64,000 nt of DNA from Candidatus Marinacidobacterales bacterium (GCA_965237955.1 OZ250169.1:832001-896000), one strand, 5' to 3'; shown: positions 1 to 11,957, counted from the stretch's first letter. Translations and numbers: made by a program. Notes: generated by a model from the sequence alone, not told the origin.

Positions 1-1122
1 AGCATTCGCGCCGAGGGCGGTATCGTGATGGTGGGTAACCTCGATGTCGAAGTCGAGCACCAGCAACGCGTCGGCCACCTACTGAGTCCCTTGCCTCCGG
101 AAATGCGTGACGGTACGGCGTTCATGGATCGCATCCACGCCTACGCGCCAGGATGGGATTTTCCGAAGCTAAATCCGAACGAACACTTCACAGACCATTT
201 CGGATTGGTCAGCGACTTCCTGTCGGAGTGTTGGAGCCGGCTACGCACCGGCAGTCGTATCCACGTGTTACAGGGGCGAGTGAATTACGGTGGAGCACTT
301 AGCGGACGGGACATCACGGCCGTCAACAAGACAGTGAGTGGCCTGCTAAAGCTGCTGTACCCGGACCCCGAGATGACGGTTCCGGACGAGGAACTGGAAG
401 AGATGGTTCGCATCGCCCTCGAAGTCCGTCGGCGGGTCAAGGAACAACAGAAACGGGTGTTCAAGAGCGAGTTCCGAAACACGCACTTCAGCTACGCTAT
501 GGGTGAAGACGGCGTCGAACAATTCGTATCGACGCCGGAGCTGCATAGCGACGAAGCGATCGAACTAGACCCACTGCCGCCAGGACAGGTTTGGGGAATC
601 AGTCCAGGCGGACCGGAGACCGGCGCCAGCCTATACCGACTTGAGGTGACGGTCGGTAAGGGGAGCGGGGTTAAGATCCTGAATGCACCGGTTCCACCTA
701 CGTTTCGCGAGAGTGTCAGATACGCCGAGCAGAACCTGTATACAAGGTCAAAGCAACTGGTTGGAGACCGCGATCCGCGCTCTCACGAGTTTTCGTTACA
801 GCTCCGTGCTATGGATAACGATCGAAGCGGAACGTCGCTCGGCCTGCCGACACTTATGGCCCTTTGCGGCGGACTGCTTGAGAAAAGCACCAAGGGTGGT
901 CTGATCGTGGTCGGCGCACTCAATCTCGGTGGTTCAGTGGAGCCACTGGCCAATGCTGTCGGTATTATCGAGGTCGCCGTTGAGAAAGGCGCTGATACCA
1001 TGCTCATGCCAGTGTCGGCAAGGAAGCAACTGTTCCAACTCTCCGACGATATGGCGACGCGGATCAACATCCAGTTTTACTCCGACACGCCAGATGCACT
1101 ACTCAAGGCGTTGCTTGAGTGA
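1..1122 (+). CDS. brxL: BREX Lon-like protease BrxL homolog, C-terminal part (5' end outside window)
   Basis: Frame is open from base 1. It contains AAA/MCM-like segments (DTAFMDRIHAYAPGW, LSGRD..AV.KTVSGLLKLLYP, ALEVRRRVKEQQK) followed by a Lon_C-like domain (G.S.GLP.LMAL, G.LNLGG). Confidence 0.8.
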   Translation, partial: SIRAEGGIVMVGNLDVEVEHQQRVGHLLSPLPPEMRDGTAFMDRIHAYAPGWDFPKLNPNEHFTDHFGLVSDFLSECWSRLRTGSRIHVLQGRVNYGGALSGRDITAVNKTVSGLLKLLYPDPEMTVPDEELEEMVRIALEVRRRVKEQQKRVFKSEFRNTHFSYAMGEDGVEQFVSTPELHSDEAIELDPLPPGQVWGISPGGPETGASLYRLEVTVGKGSGVKILNAPVPPTFRESVRYAEQNLYTRSKQLVGDRDPRSHEFSLQLRAMDNDRSGTSLGLPTLMALCGGLLEKSTKGGLIVVGALNLGGSVEPLANAVGIIEVAVEKGADTMLMPVSARKQLFQLSDDMATRINIQFYSDTPDALLKALLE

Positions 1123-1125
1123 CAG

Positions 1126-1150
1126 GGTGCTTCCGCAATTAAGTGTTGGC
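1126..1150 (+). repeat. Solo GGTGCTTCCGC-type terminal repeat (unoccupied IS1111 target-like site)
   Basis: GGTGCTTCCGCAATTAAGTGTTGG. Related copies end at 12205, 20131 and 46621 (reverse) and start at 44953 and 63223. Confidence 0.65.
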
Positions 1151-1163
1151 GGCCAGCCCATCC

Positions 1164-1700
1164 CGTCCTGTGCCAAAACTCGGCCCTTTTGAAATAGGCC
1201 ATAAATCAGCAACTTAGTGTCTGTGTTTGCGACCGGGCCAAGGGCCGTGGGCTTTACAATCGTCTTGGGCGGGCGGGTCGTCACCATGCAGATGACCACC
1301 TAGTCGAGAGCGAATATCGAAGCGTGTGCCTGAAGCTGTTTTCACGTGGTCAAAATACTCGAACGCCCAACGGGCCAGCAGTTTGAACCTTCAGGGCTTC
1401 AAATGCCGGTAGGCCCGCAAGGTCTGGACCAGGGCATCTCCCTTCTTGGCCCAGGCCGACCGGATCATCTACAACACCGATTCGGCGGTCGGCGCCCGTC
1501 CTGTGCCAAAACTCGGCCTTTTGAGATAGACCATAAATCAGCAGCTTAGTGTCTGTGTTTACAACCGGGCGAAGGGCTGTGGACTTTACAATCGTCTGGC
1601 CCCGAGGGTGTTGTTATCTTCAGATCCATGATGACGTACCGCGTGCAATTCCTACGGCTCGTTCTGGCTGGGTCAAACCACCAACAGCAGGACGCGTGAT
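1164..1700. mobile_element. Stacked terminal fragments of the long-IR rve IS (right end at 1164, left end at 1497 with degenerate transposase start)
   Basis: Near-identical to the ends of the complete copy at 61721-63148. Confidence 0.85.
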
Positions 1701-1716
1701 AAACTCTAGTTCATTC

Positions 1717-1947
1717 ATGCTACTGATTGCCAAACTTATCGACTACTACTCCGTTGTCATCATCGTCGCGGTGATCCTCAGCTTTCTTCAGCTCCCGCCG
1801 AGCAACCAGGTAGTTCGCATCACCCGGATGATGACTGAGCCGGCTCTGGCGCCGATTCGCAGGCTGGTGCCCCCAGCGGGGAGGATCGACTTCTCGCCGT
1901 TGATTCTGCTGGTCCTCCTTCAGATTCTGGGGCGCGCGTTGATCTAG
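1717..1947 (+). CDS. YggT family membrane protein
   Basis: 76-aa hydrophobic ORF with TEP.LAPIRR..P..G.IDFSPLI motif. Confidence 0.85.
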   Translation: MLLIAKLIDYYSVVIIVAVILSFLQLPPSNQVVRITRMMTEPALAPIRRLVPPAGRIDFSPLILLVLLQILGRALI

Positions 1948-2051
1948 CACTGTTGCTATCTCGTCCTGTGCCAAAACTTGATCCACTGGCAACGTTACAA
2001 GCGAGCCGTGGACGGGGGGGCCGCGACAACCATTGAGCAGAGCTACCCTTT

Positions 2052-2554
2052 GGGCGGGTCGTCACCATGCAGATGACCACCTAGTCGAGAGCGAATATCG
2101 AAGCGTGTTTCCTTCGCCGTCGGAGATCGGCCTGGGCTCCGGTTCTTGCTGCCATCGTACTTGGCTGCGATGAGGTAGCGGTACCAGCGCAGAAGTGTAG
2201 CGGGTGTGGCAACGGACGCAATCTGGGCCAGTGCCTCGCGGCCCAAAGCCTGGGCCTTGACGGCGAGCCTGCGCCGGTCGTCGTCAGAGAGCCTGAGACG
2301 CTTGCTCCGAAGCCCGGCTCGGAGCACACGGTTCTCCTCTCGCGGGTAGTCGATCCCATCCTGCTGCTGGCGGTTGACCCAGCCAGCCAGAACGAGCAGT
2401 AGAAATTGCACGTGATACGTCCTCATGGACCTGAAGATAACACCCTCGGGCCAGACGATTGTAAAGCCCACGGCCCTTGGTCCGGTCGCAAACACAGACA
2501 CTAAGCTGCTGATTTGTGGGCTATTTCAAAAGGGCCGAGTTTTGGCACAGGACG
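2052..2554 (-). mobile_element. Internally deleted long-IR rve IS (left end, 5' part of transposase, joined to right-end interior)
   Basis: Translates to [22 protein letters not shown], matching 61849-62160. Terminus at 2554. Confidence 0.85.
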
Positions 2555-2738
2555 GGTGAAAGAACAACTGAAGAAGATGGGCTCCTTCGAGTACCACCAG
2601 ACTTCTTTCTCGTACATCGATAACGACAACCGGGAAGAGCGGTTCGTCGGCGTTCCCGAACAGGGCGGCACCGATACGATATCCACTGATCCACTTGCTC
2701 CCGGCTCGATTTACACCGCTTCCGTGGACGACCAGGGC
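2555..2738 (+). pseudogene. Fragment of a second BrxL-like gene
   Basis: RVKEQLKKMGSFEYHQTSFSY...E.FVGVPEQGG...PL.PG aligns with the RVKEQQK...FSY...FVSTPE...PLPPG segment of the gene at 1-1122. Confidence 0.7.
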
Positions 2739-2968
2739 TTTCGGGTTATGGCCCAGTTCCTGGGCGGCGCGAATCAAGAATCGGCGAAGAAGACTCATCT
2801 CAGGCTGCGTCCAGTATAATCGAAACTGGCAGGCTGGCCTGCGGGGACCACCTATGCCAAGCGCCGGTACTGTCAAGTTCACTTGACGAGGAAACGGACC
2901 CCAATATAGGTAGGCCGAGCGAACTTCGTTCACCCATATGTTGTGGTCGTGTTGGCGCGTGATCCCTC

Positions 2969-3049
2969 AACTTGACAGCAATGGCACCGCCCGTGTGGGC
3001 GGAGGTCATCGGGGAATGAACGAAATCCGTTCGTTCACTCGAAAGTACC
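2969..3049 (-). repeat. ~80-bp double-hairpin dispersed repeat (GGTACTTTCGAGTGA... family)
   Basis: Reverse complement of the copies at 11980, 13768, 54860 and 60130. Confidence 0.85.
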
Positions 3050-3345
3050 ATTGTTGGTGCTATTTGGCCCTACTCGATGCAACCAACGCGCGACCAGTCA
3101 AGATAAACCGTTATCCTTCGTCAATTTAAGAGCGCAAGGCCAACTTGTAGTTAGCGGCGCTCAGTGTTTGAGTAATAATCATTACTCTTCTCTGCCGAGG
3201 CACATCAACTGTGGCGTTCTTCCGTTCGAAACTGGTTTCGCGGGGATTCCTCAGTGGACTGACCTGCAAACTTTAACCAACAGCAACCGGCTTGCACGTG
3301 GTTCTCGACAAGTTCGAAGCGTTGAGAGCGTTCGCTCCACCAACT

Positions 3346-4620
3346 CTAGCCAACCTTTGCCGACTCTTCCTGGAAGAACTGCTTCAACAGCCGAGCGGCC
3401 ATGACCTCTTCGCCGTTCTCCATGCAGCGGGTCGGGACGTAATTTTCGAACATCACGACCCGCGGCCGGCCGTTTTTCAGTTTGTCGCGAGCTTCTTCCA
3501 GGCTCAGCGGGATGACTTGCTCGTCCCAGTCGAGTATAAGCTCGGCGAATCCCCTGGTGTTCATCTTGACCTCCGCGGTAAGGCCCTTGACGTCGCTCAA
3601 CTCCCCCGCAATGTAGCGAGCTTTCCGCAGCCATTCCGCCTCGAGGGCCTCGTGATCGAGCCGCTCGTAGCGATTCAAAGCGACGATGAAGCCGATGATC
3701 TCCTCCTTGCCGACCTTCATCCCGCGTCCCAGGTGGCTATTGGGTGAGGCCTGCATCAATGCCGCTTCGATCAGATCCTTCCGGCCGGCGAGAATTCCTG
3801 TCGACTGAGGCCCGCGAATCCCCTTTCCCCCGCTGAACACCACCAGATCCGCTCCCATCTCGCCGTAGCGGGTCAAGTTACCGGCGGGAGGAAGCTCGGA
3901 AGCGGCATCGATCAGAACCGGAACGCCGGCCCGCTTTCCGATCTCCAGAAATTCGTGGGGCTTCATGACCTCGGGCTCATCGGCTCGCACGTGCTCCTGC
4001 CGAGCCAGAACGTGAATCATTGCCGTCTTGGCGTTCACTGCATTCCGGAACTGCTCCCGGGTCTCCACGCCGACGATGGTCATGCCCGCGGCGCGATAGG
4101 CGCGGTCATAATCGAGACGGTGCGCCTTCTGGAGGAGGCATTCCACCTTCGGCCAGGTTGGATGCGGTAGCGCTTCCATCTTCTCTTCGTCCGTCCCGGT
4201 GAGGCAGGCCGCCGCGCCAAGGATCATCGCCGAAAAGGCTCCGGAGGAGACCATCGCCGCCTCGGTATGGATGACTTCGGCAATCCTGTTACCGGCGGCC
4301 ACGTTCAGCTCGTGCATGTCCACGAAGTAGCGGTTGGCTTCCCCGATGGCTTCAATGACCTCGGCGGGCATTCGCGAGCCTCCCATGGAGGTGTAGTTAT
4401 CGTGACAGGGCAGGTGAGGATGGACATCGAGGAGCCGCGTGTAGATGTTGTCCCCGTTCAGGCGATCCTCTAGCGGGGCCAAGTTGGTTGGCGCTTCCGC
4501 CCGGTTGGGCATCGCAGCTCGATCCGTGCACGCGCCAACGAGTCCTCCCATGAGCCCGGCGCCGAAGAACTGCCGCCGACTCCACATCCGTCGCCTTTGA
4601 TCTTTCATCTGGACCTCCAA
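3346..4620 (-). CDS. SelA-like / DgaE-family PLP-dependent enzyme with twin-arginine signal
   Basis: SRRQFF Tat motif, T.MGGS, DAASE, FSGGKGIRGPQSTG (PLP lysine) and GRGMKVGKEEI. Confidence 0.85.
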   Translation of the reverse strand: MEVQMKDQRRRMWSRRQFFGAGLMGGLVGACTDRAAMPNRAEAPTNLAPLEDRLNGDNIYTRLLDVHPHLPCHDNYTSMGGSRMPAEVIEAIGEANRYFVDMHELNVAAGNRIAEVIHTEAAMVSSGAFSAMILGAAACLTGTDEEKMEALPHPTWPKVECLLQKAHRLDYDRAYRAAGMTIVGVETREQFRNAVNAKTAMIHVLARQEHVRADEPEVMKPHEFLEIGKRAGVPVLIDAASELPPAGNLTRYGEMGADLVVFSGGKGIRGPQSTGILAGRKDLIEAALMQASPNSHLGRGMKVGKEEIIGFIVALNRYERLDHEALEAEWLRKARYIAGELSDVKGLTAEVKMNTRGFAELILDWDEQVIPLSLEEARDKLKNGRPRVVMFENYVPTRCMENGEEVMAARLLKQFFQEESAKVG

Positions 4621-4686
4621 CAGGTTCCGTCCTTCTCTAATCCCTCAAGGTCTCCAGCATTTCCAGTTGCTCCTCGAGCGGTTGCT

Positions 4687-5058
4687 TCAGAAACGAATCG
4701 AACGTGTCATAGAACGCTCGCTTGCTCTCCACGCCCACGTATGCCGCCAATGAGCTTCCCATCCGTTCCGCGACACCGAGGGATAGAATTTGGTGCGAAC
4801 GTCGTTAACGCTCTGAGAAGAAGACTTGTGGACCATGAATGCGAATGCCCACGCCCCGGCGTCGTAAGCCAGATGGCGGTAGTACTTCCTAACGCCAGGC
4901 TCCACCCTATCAATATCCTCCATGTCCCGAATCCCCAGCTCCGAATCTTCGACCTTATGCACGAATTCCATGGAACGTATCATGCGATCTTTGAAATGTG
5001 CCCATCCTCGCTGGCCGCCAAGATAGAACGCCAAAAACTCAGCTCCACCTTCCATCAT
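4687..5058 (-). CDS. Hypothetical protein, probably a fragment
   Basis: 123-aa ORF with protein-like composition. No family recognised. Confidence 0.35.
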   Translation of the reverse strand: MMEGGAEFLAFYLGGQRGWAHFKDRMIRSMEFVHKVEDSELGIRDMEDIDRVEPGVRKYYRHLAYDAGAWAFAFMVHKSSSQSVNDVRTKFYPSVSRNGWEAHWRHTWAWRASERSMTRSIRF

Positions 5059-5329
5059 CCACGTCGGCGTGCGCGGAAACGACCTCTAAAACACGTGGGT
5101 GTACTCATGGTCCCCATAGCCAGCCCGGTATTCCACGATCGGCGCGTTGCATGCGCTGCTGATGCCTCAGCAAATCGGGTCGGTTCATGGAGCACCCCCA
5201 TCCCGGTCAGCGGTTGGATCCAGCAAATTGGACAGCATTCTACGCCTCAAGAACTGATTTGGTCAACGAGCACATCGTTCGCTAGACTGAAGCAACAGCG
5301 TTTTCGCCCACGGGCGCGACTCCGAGGGG

Positions 5330-5437
5330 CGGACACTCCCTTTCCTCCACCCCGGACAGCGGACACCCCTTAGAGAAGGGGGTGTGTCCGATTGTCCGCC
5401 CGGACACTTAGTACACGCTGTCCGGACAAAGTGTCCG
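5330..5437. repeat. Cluster of nine CGGACA/TGTCCG hexamers (iteron/origin-like)
   Basis: Direct and inverted copies within ~110 bp, including the palindrome TGTCCGGACA. Confidence 0.6.
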
Positions 5438-5735
5438 CTCATGCAGCACCGCGCTGGGCCATACCGATGAAGCCTCCGTCAAGGACTACGAACTGCTTTT
5501 TATGACGTCGAGCCGTCCGTCTCACGGTCTCGACTCCAGCGTTGATGTCATCGGCAAGCGCTTCGGCGTTCATGGCGCCTTGGCGCAGTGGTCAGCAGTA
5601 CGCTTACTTGATTGGTCGCAAATTGGTCACCAACGGGGCTGATGGTACCTGACCCAGGAGGGAAGTTCAGGACACCCTCTCCTTGGTTTTGCTTGGAGTT
5701 ACGGCACGTAGGCTCTTCTCTGTTGGTGCTGGAGA

Positions 5736-5783
5736 TGATTCGTAATCAGCAGGTCGGCGGTTCAAATCCGCCCGTCGGCTCCA
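5736..5783 (+). tRNA. 3' half of tRNA-Thr(CGT), att-site duplication rather than a full gene
   Basis: TGATT-CGT-AATCAG anticodon arm, GGCGG-TTCAAAT-CCGCC T-arm, acceptor 3' strand and CCA. No D-arm or 5' acceptor strand upstream. Confidence 0.85.
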
Positions 5784-6005
5784 CGTAACAAACAGTCCCG
5801 CAAAAACTTACGAGCGAGTTTGTCGAAGCCCCGCGAGGACTTGTGTGCGGAATGTGTGCCTATAGTGTGCCAACCAGAAGGTACTCATCCAGACTCAGCA
5901 TTACTCAGAGCATCCTTATTAAAGAGGATGGCCACCCCTCTGTGCCAACCTCCTTGAGACACTTTGCCCCTTGAAATTAGTGTAGAGGGCGGAGGAGGAT
6001 CATGA

Positions 6006-6473
6006 ATGACTACGTTGATTGAGAGAATGACCCCGGCGGGATCGGAAGGAGCCCGTAGGGCGACTGCAGATCGCGCCGGCCGCGATGCGGCAGGGGTCCC
6101 GGATCCCGAAGTGAGTGAGCAAGCGAAGCGTCGACGCTTTACCGCAGAGTACAAGCTGCGGATAGTGCGCGAGGCCGATGCTTGCAAGGGTGACGGGGAT
6201 GTTGCGGCTCTTCTGCGTCGAGAGGGACTGTACTCGTCGCATCTTTCGAGTTGGCGTCGCCAACGTGACAAGATTGCCAAGGCGGGGTTGACATCGAGGA
6301 AGCGAGGACGGAAGGCGAAGGCAGAGGATCCACGGGTCAAGGAGCTCGAGCGCGAGAACGCGCGATTGAAGCATCGCCTGGCTCGGGTGGAGACGATGCT
6401 AGAGATCCAAAAAAAAACCTCCGAACTTCTGGGGATCCCCCTGAATCCACCAGACAGCGACGAGAACGATTGA
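6006..6473 (+). CDS. IS3-family transposase OrfA
   Basis: RRRFTAEYKLRIV HTH, LRREGLYSSHL..WR, leucine zipper. Overlaps OrfB. Putative left end TGT at 5941. Confidence 0.85.
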   Translation: MTTLIERMTPAGSEGARRATADRAGRDAAGVPDPEVSEQAKRRRFTAEYKLRIVREADACKGDGDVAALLRREGLYSSHLSSWRRQRDKIAKAGLTSRKRGRKAKAEDPRVKELERENARLKHRLARVETMLEIQKKTSELLGIPLNPPDSDEND

Positions 6474-7567
6474 TGGTGGCGGCCGAGGAGCTGGCGGGAC
6501 GAATTGGACAGACGGCGGAAGCCTGCGAGGCCCTTGGAATAGCTCGCTCCACGTTGTATCGCAGGCGCCAGACGGTAACGTCCAATGCGAAACGCCGCCC
6601 TCGGTCGCACCGAGCCCTCGATGTGACCGAACGTGAGCTGGTTCTCGGTGCCTTGCACTCCGAGCGGTTCGTCGACAAGGCGCCCGCTCAGGTGTGGGCC
6701 ACGCTCCTGGACGAGGGAATCTACTACTGCTCGATCCGCACGATGTATCGGATTCTGGCGGAGAACGGAGAGGTCCGAGAGCGCCGGAACCAGCTGCGAC
6801 ATCCGAATTATCAAAAGCCGGAGCTGCTGGCCGAAGCGCCGAACCAGGTTTGGTCGTGGGATATCACCAAGCTGCGTGGCCCCGTCAAGTGGACCTACTA
6901 CTACCTCTACGTGATTCTGGACATCTTCTCCCGTTACGTGACCGGGTGGATGTTGGCTCGACGAGAAAGCGCTGAGCTCGCTCGTCGTCTCATCAGCGAG
7001 AGCTGCCGCAAACAGAACATCGAACCAGACCAGCTCACCATCCACGCCGACCGTGGCAGCTCGATGCGAAGCAAGTCCGTAGCTATGCTCCTGGCTGACC
7101 TCGGCGTTACCAAGACCCACTCCAGACCTTACGTCTCGAACGATAACCCCTACTCCGAGTCCCAGTTCAAGACTCTGAAGTATTGCCCTCAGTTTCCGAG
7201 CCGTTTTGGTTCCATCGAAGACGGCCGGCTGTTCTGCGGCGGCTTCCTCGACTACTACAATCACGAACGCCGGCACGCGGGAATCGGCCTCATGACACCG
7301 GCCGCCGTTCACGATGGTCTCGCGGAACAGCTCACCACTGCCCGGCGCCAAATCCTCCTCGAAGCTCATCGGGCTCATCCCGAACGCTTCGTTCGCGGAA
7401 TGCCACAGCCCCCCGTTTTGCCTCCTCAGGCCTGGATCAACCCGCCGCCGGAGAAAACGACGCGCCAGGAGGCCGCCGGAGCCACTTTCTCGAGGTGGTC
7501 CACACCTGGGGTACCCCCGGATTCAGGCCAACGCGACCAGATCTCGCCTGTCCTTCATCATTATTGA
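6470..7567 (+). CDS. IS3-family transposase OrfB (3' end fused to the neighbouring IS; right IR lost)
   Basis: PNQVWSWDIT, HADRGS, SNDNPYSESQFKTLK (DDE). Confidence 0.9.
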   Translation: MMVAAEELAGRIGQTAEACEALGIARSTLYRRRQTVTSNAKRRPRSHRALDVTERELVLGALHSERFVDKAPAQVWATLLDEGIYYCSIRTMYRILAENGEVRERRNQLRHPNYQKPELLAEAPNQVWSWDITKLRGPVKWTYYYLYVILDIFSRYVTGWMLARRESAELARRLISESCRKQNIEPDQLTIHADRGSSMRSKSVAMLLADLGVTKTHSRPYVSNDNPYSESQFKTLKYCPQFPSRFGSIEDGRLFCGGFLDYYNHERRHAGIGLMTPAAVHDGLAEQLTTARRQILLEAHRAHPERFVRGMPQPPVLPPQAWINPPPEKTTRQEAAGATFSRWSTPGVPPDSGQRDQISPVLHHY

Positions 7568-8894
7568 TCCAGCGGGAATGGTACCGCTGGTGGCCCTACG
7601 ACGAACGAAGAAACCCGGGTCGGCGCGCGCGGGCACTTGCCGAGATCACGCGATCAATGGGCCGCGGAGCTGGACAACGCAATCGCGAGGGACCCCAGCA
7701 ATCGACGCGCCGCGACTAAACTGGCTCAGGCGGCGTCGCGCCATTCGTAGCGGTGGTGGAGCCCACCCACTCGCGGCAACGCGACGACTTTTGCGGTCGG
7801 TGATGGTCGGGGCGTGACGGGTCTTGAGTTCGGGGTGTCTTTGTCGAGACCCAAGTGGCAACGGTCCTCGTGGTAGTAGCTGATGTACAAGCGCATGAGC
7901 CGGACGAGATGCCGCTCACTGAGGACAACTACATGCTCTAACATCTCGCGGCGGCAGTTTCCGGTCCAGCGTTCGGCGGTACCGTTTTGCCAAGGGCTGC
8001 GATAAGAAATGCGAACAGGCTTTGTGCCCATGGCCCTGATGAACTCCACCACTGCAGGGCTGAAAATCGCGTCGCGGTCAAAGACCAAGTATCGTGGTGC
8101 CGTGTCGTATGGGAACGCCTCGCGCAGTTGTTGAATCACCCACGCTGACGTGGGGTTGTACGTCGCGTTGAAGTGCAAGATATGGCGACGGCCGTGCTCG
8201 ATGACGAAGAAGCCGTACAGCAGCCGTAGCGACGCCGTCGGTACGGCGAACAGATCCATCGCGGCGATGTCGTCCTTGTGGTTCCGCAAGAACGCAATCC
8301 ATCGCTTCACTTCGTCGGGTTCGGCTCGGCGGCGCGGCATGTATCGCGACACCGTCATCTCGCTGACAACGAATCCGAGCTTCGTCAGCTCAGCGTGGAT
8401 ACGAGGTGCACCCCAGCCGTCTTGGGCCATCGTGCGGACGAGACGACGAATCTCGGCATCAATCCGAGGTCGACCTGGATAGCGCGGACGGGAGATCCGA
8501 GCCCAGTATCGGCGGAACCGATCTCGATTCCACCGGGCGACCGTGTCGGCGTTCACGATAACGAGCCGGCTCGCCCACGCTGGCCACGAGCTTCGGAGCG
8601 CAACCCAGAATGCTCGGTCCGTGTCCTCGAGCGGTGGCCGGGGGCGCTCCTTCTTCAACGCCGTAACTTGCTGCCGCAGGGCCAGGTTTTCAATCACGAG
8701 GTCGGCTCGGCACCGACACATCGCCCGGATCGCACGGGCGCCGAGTGAGACGAGGAAGATGAGGACACGGAGCATGGCGGCAGAGTTTGCCGTCTCAAGA
8801 CCGGGATCTCAAGCGGGAGATGCGCTCGTTGGCCGAGGCGTGAACGGTGCGTAAGTCCTTGATTTCAGGAGCGGACGGATATTGATGATGCACA
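7549..8894 (-). mobile_element. Complete rve-type IS (1346 bp) with imperfect 18-bp IRs
   Basis: TGTCCTTCATCATTATTG at one end and TGTGCATCATCAATATCC at the other. IHF-like TAAGTCCTTGATT near 8852. Confidence 0.8.
7726..8775 (-). CDS. Integrase-core (rve) DDE transposase
   Basis: WGAPRIHAEL, AMDLF, FDRD, SPWQNG.AER, GGLHHRY. Confidence 0.9.
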   Translation of the reverse strand: MLRVLIFLVSLGARAIRAMCRCRADLVIENLALRQQVTALKKERPRPPLEDTDRAFWVALRSSWPAWASRLVIVNADTVARWNRDRFRRYWARISRPRYPGRPRIDAEIRRLVRTMAQDGWGAPRIHAELTKLGFVVSEMTVSRYMPRRRAEPDEVKRWIAFLRNHKDDIAAMDLFAVPTASLRLLYGFFVIEHGRRHILHFNATYNPTSAWVIQQLREAFPYDTAPRYLVFDRDAIFSPAVVEFIRAMGTKPVRISYRSPWQNGTAERWTGNCRREMLEHVVVLSERHLVRLMRLYISYYHEDRCHLGLDKDTPNSRPVTPRPSPTAKVVALPRVGGLHHRYEWRDAA

Positions 8895-9254
8895 AGTGAA
8901 TATGGACAACCCTAAACGGGCACGAAGCGGGAAAGCGCGGAAACAGCCAAGGGAGTGCGCCTACGTTCGGTCCCCTGATCTGCGAAATGCGCTGGAGCGG
9001 ATACGGCAGGTAGCCTGCCGGGATAAGGGAGCACGGTTCACAAGAAAGTGAACTGGATACTCGACGCGGACATCCGTGGATTCTTCGATGCCATCGACCA
9101 CGGATGGCTGATGAAAGTCGTCGAGCATCGAACACTGCACCCGTATCCCGAACAGCGACTGCGCGTCATGACCTGAGGTAGGAGCCCAGTGCGTTAGCAG
9201 CGCTCGCTGGGATCTGTGCGGGGGGGCGCCCGTAAGGGCGGTCCCTACCGCGAA
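8895..9254 (+). ncRNA. 3' part of a group II intron with deleted RT remnants
   Basis: Peptide remnants ALERIRQ, KVNWILDADIRGFFDAIDHGWLMKVVEHR and LHPYPEQRL. Domain V at ~9182-9214 and domain VI ending CCCTACCGCGAA. Confidence 0.85.
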
Positions 9255-9302
9255 AGATCTAAACCGCGCAATCGATGCTGGATCGACTTTTTGCGGAGCA
9301 CA

Positions 9303-9372
9303 ACTCCCACAGGAAACGGGGAGAAACCGATAGGCCGCGCCTACGGAGCACCGCGCCAGCCCTCGACCCTAC
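9303..9372 (+). ncRNA. Domain VI fragment of a second group II intron type
   Basis: Matches 54334-54404, ending CCTCGACCCTAC. Another copy at 21197-21269. Confidence 0.7.
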
Positions 9373-9380
9373 CGGGAACG

Positions 9381-9413
9381 AAAAAAGCCCGGGCCGCCTG
9401 AGCGACCCGGGCT
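9381..9413 (-). terminator. Rho-independent terminator of groEL
   Basis: GCCCGGG stem followed by T6 on the minus strand, ~18 bp after the groEL stop. Confidence 0.85.
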
Positions 9414-9430
9414 CTCGGAAAGTATGTAGC

Positions 9431-11089
<1,659 letters not shown>

Positions 11090-11105
11090 TTAAAATACCT
11101 CCAAG

Positions 11106-11396
11106 CTATTCCACGATGCCGAGTACGTCGTCCTCTTTAAGGATGAGGTACTCAGTTCCGTCCAGTTTCACTTCCGAGCCCGAGTACTTGCCGATGAGCA
11201 CTCTGTCGTCCACCTTCACCTCGAGCGCAACCTTCTTTCCGTCCTTCAAGGTCCGACCCGATCCGATAGCTATGACTTCGGCCGTCATCGGCTTTTCCTT
11301 CGCGGTGTCGGGGATGATGATGGACCCGACGTTCTTCTCGTCCCTCTCCTCGATCCGCTTTACGACAATGTTGTCCTTTATCGGTTTGATCTTCAT
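11106..11396 (-). CDS. groES: Co-chaperonin GroES
   Basis: IKP..D.IVV, IIIPDTAKEKP, KYSGSEVK..G.EYLILKEDD. Confidence 0.97.
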   Translation of the reverse strand: MKIKPIKDNIVVKRIEERDEKNVGSIIIPDTAKEKPMTAEVIAIGSGRTLKDGKKVALEVKVDDRVLIGKYSGSEVKLDGTEYLILKEDDVLGIVE

Positions 11397-11457
11397 CTCT
11401 CGATTACTCCTCCTTGTTTTTCAGGACCTGTCGGCGGGGTCGAGCTCCCGACGGCGG

Positions 11458-11906
11458 TCAACTACTGATGGGAATCTGACGGCTTTTCTCGCTCGCCTTC
11501 TTCGGTATGGTCACCGTCAGCAGAATGCCCTTCTTAAAATCGGCCTTTACTCTGTCCGTTTCGATGCTCGTCGGGAGCTCGAACGTACGATGGAACGGGC
11601 CGTAGGAACGTTCCATCGTACGAACCGTTTCTCGTTGATGGCTTCGTTGACCGGGCGCTTGCCTTACAGCGTCACTCGATCGTCGTCGATGTGAAGCTCG
11701 ATGTCGTCTTGATCTACTTCGGCGAGCTCGGCCTTGAGAACGAGGCTCTTTTCGGCTTCGTAGAGATCCACGGCGGGGGACCATGCCCCTGTGGTCGAGA
11801 ACTCCCCCTCGGAGCGCGTGCGCGACAGCGTCTGATCGATTAGCCGGTTCATCCGTTCTTGGAGAGCAAGAAGCTCACGCACGGGGTCCCAATGGGCGAG
11901 TGGCAT
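11458..11906 (-). pseudogene. Hsp20/alpha-crystallin small heat-shock protein, disrupted
   Basis: WDP.REL..LQERMNRL, WSPAVD.YE, ERSYG.F.R.F.LP. In-frame TAA at 11664-11666 plus a frameshift near 11618. Confidence 0.85.
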
Positions 11907-11930
11907 GTGTAATTCATCAACCTCGACATA

Positions 11931-11957
11931 TTAGCACTCTACACACCCGAGCGCTAA
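11931..11957. promoter_or_regulatory. CIRCE element (HrcA operator)
   Basis: TTAGCACTC-N9-GAGCGCTAA, one mismatch to consensus, ~25 bp upstream of hsp20. Confidence 0.92.

Noticed and set aside
1-1122. Complete BREX system
   Set aside because: Only brxL-like sequence is inside the window, so other brx/pgl genes cannot be assessed.
3075-3160. Integron attC site ending GTTAGCG
   Set aside because: No matching RYYYAAC with good complementarity, no integron integrase, and no cassette array.
3346-4620. Bona fide selenocysteine synthase SelA
   Set aside because: It has a Tat signal, and there is no selB, selD or selC nearby. A SelA-like paralog is more likely.
5700-5783. Complete tRNA-Thr gene
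   Set aside because: The 5' acceptor strand and D-arm are absent, so it is treated as an att remnant.
5885-7378. 497-aa minus-strand ORF
   Set aside because: Antisense shadow of the IS3 transposase.
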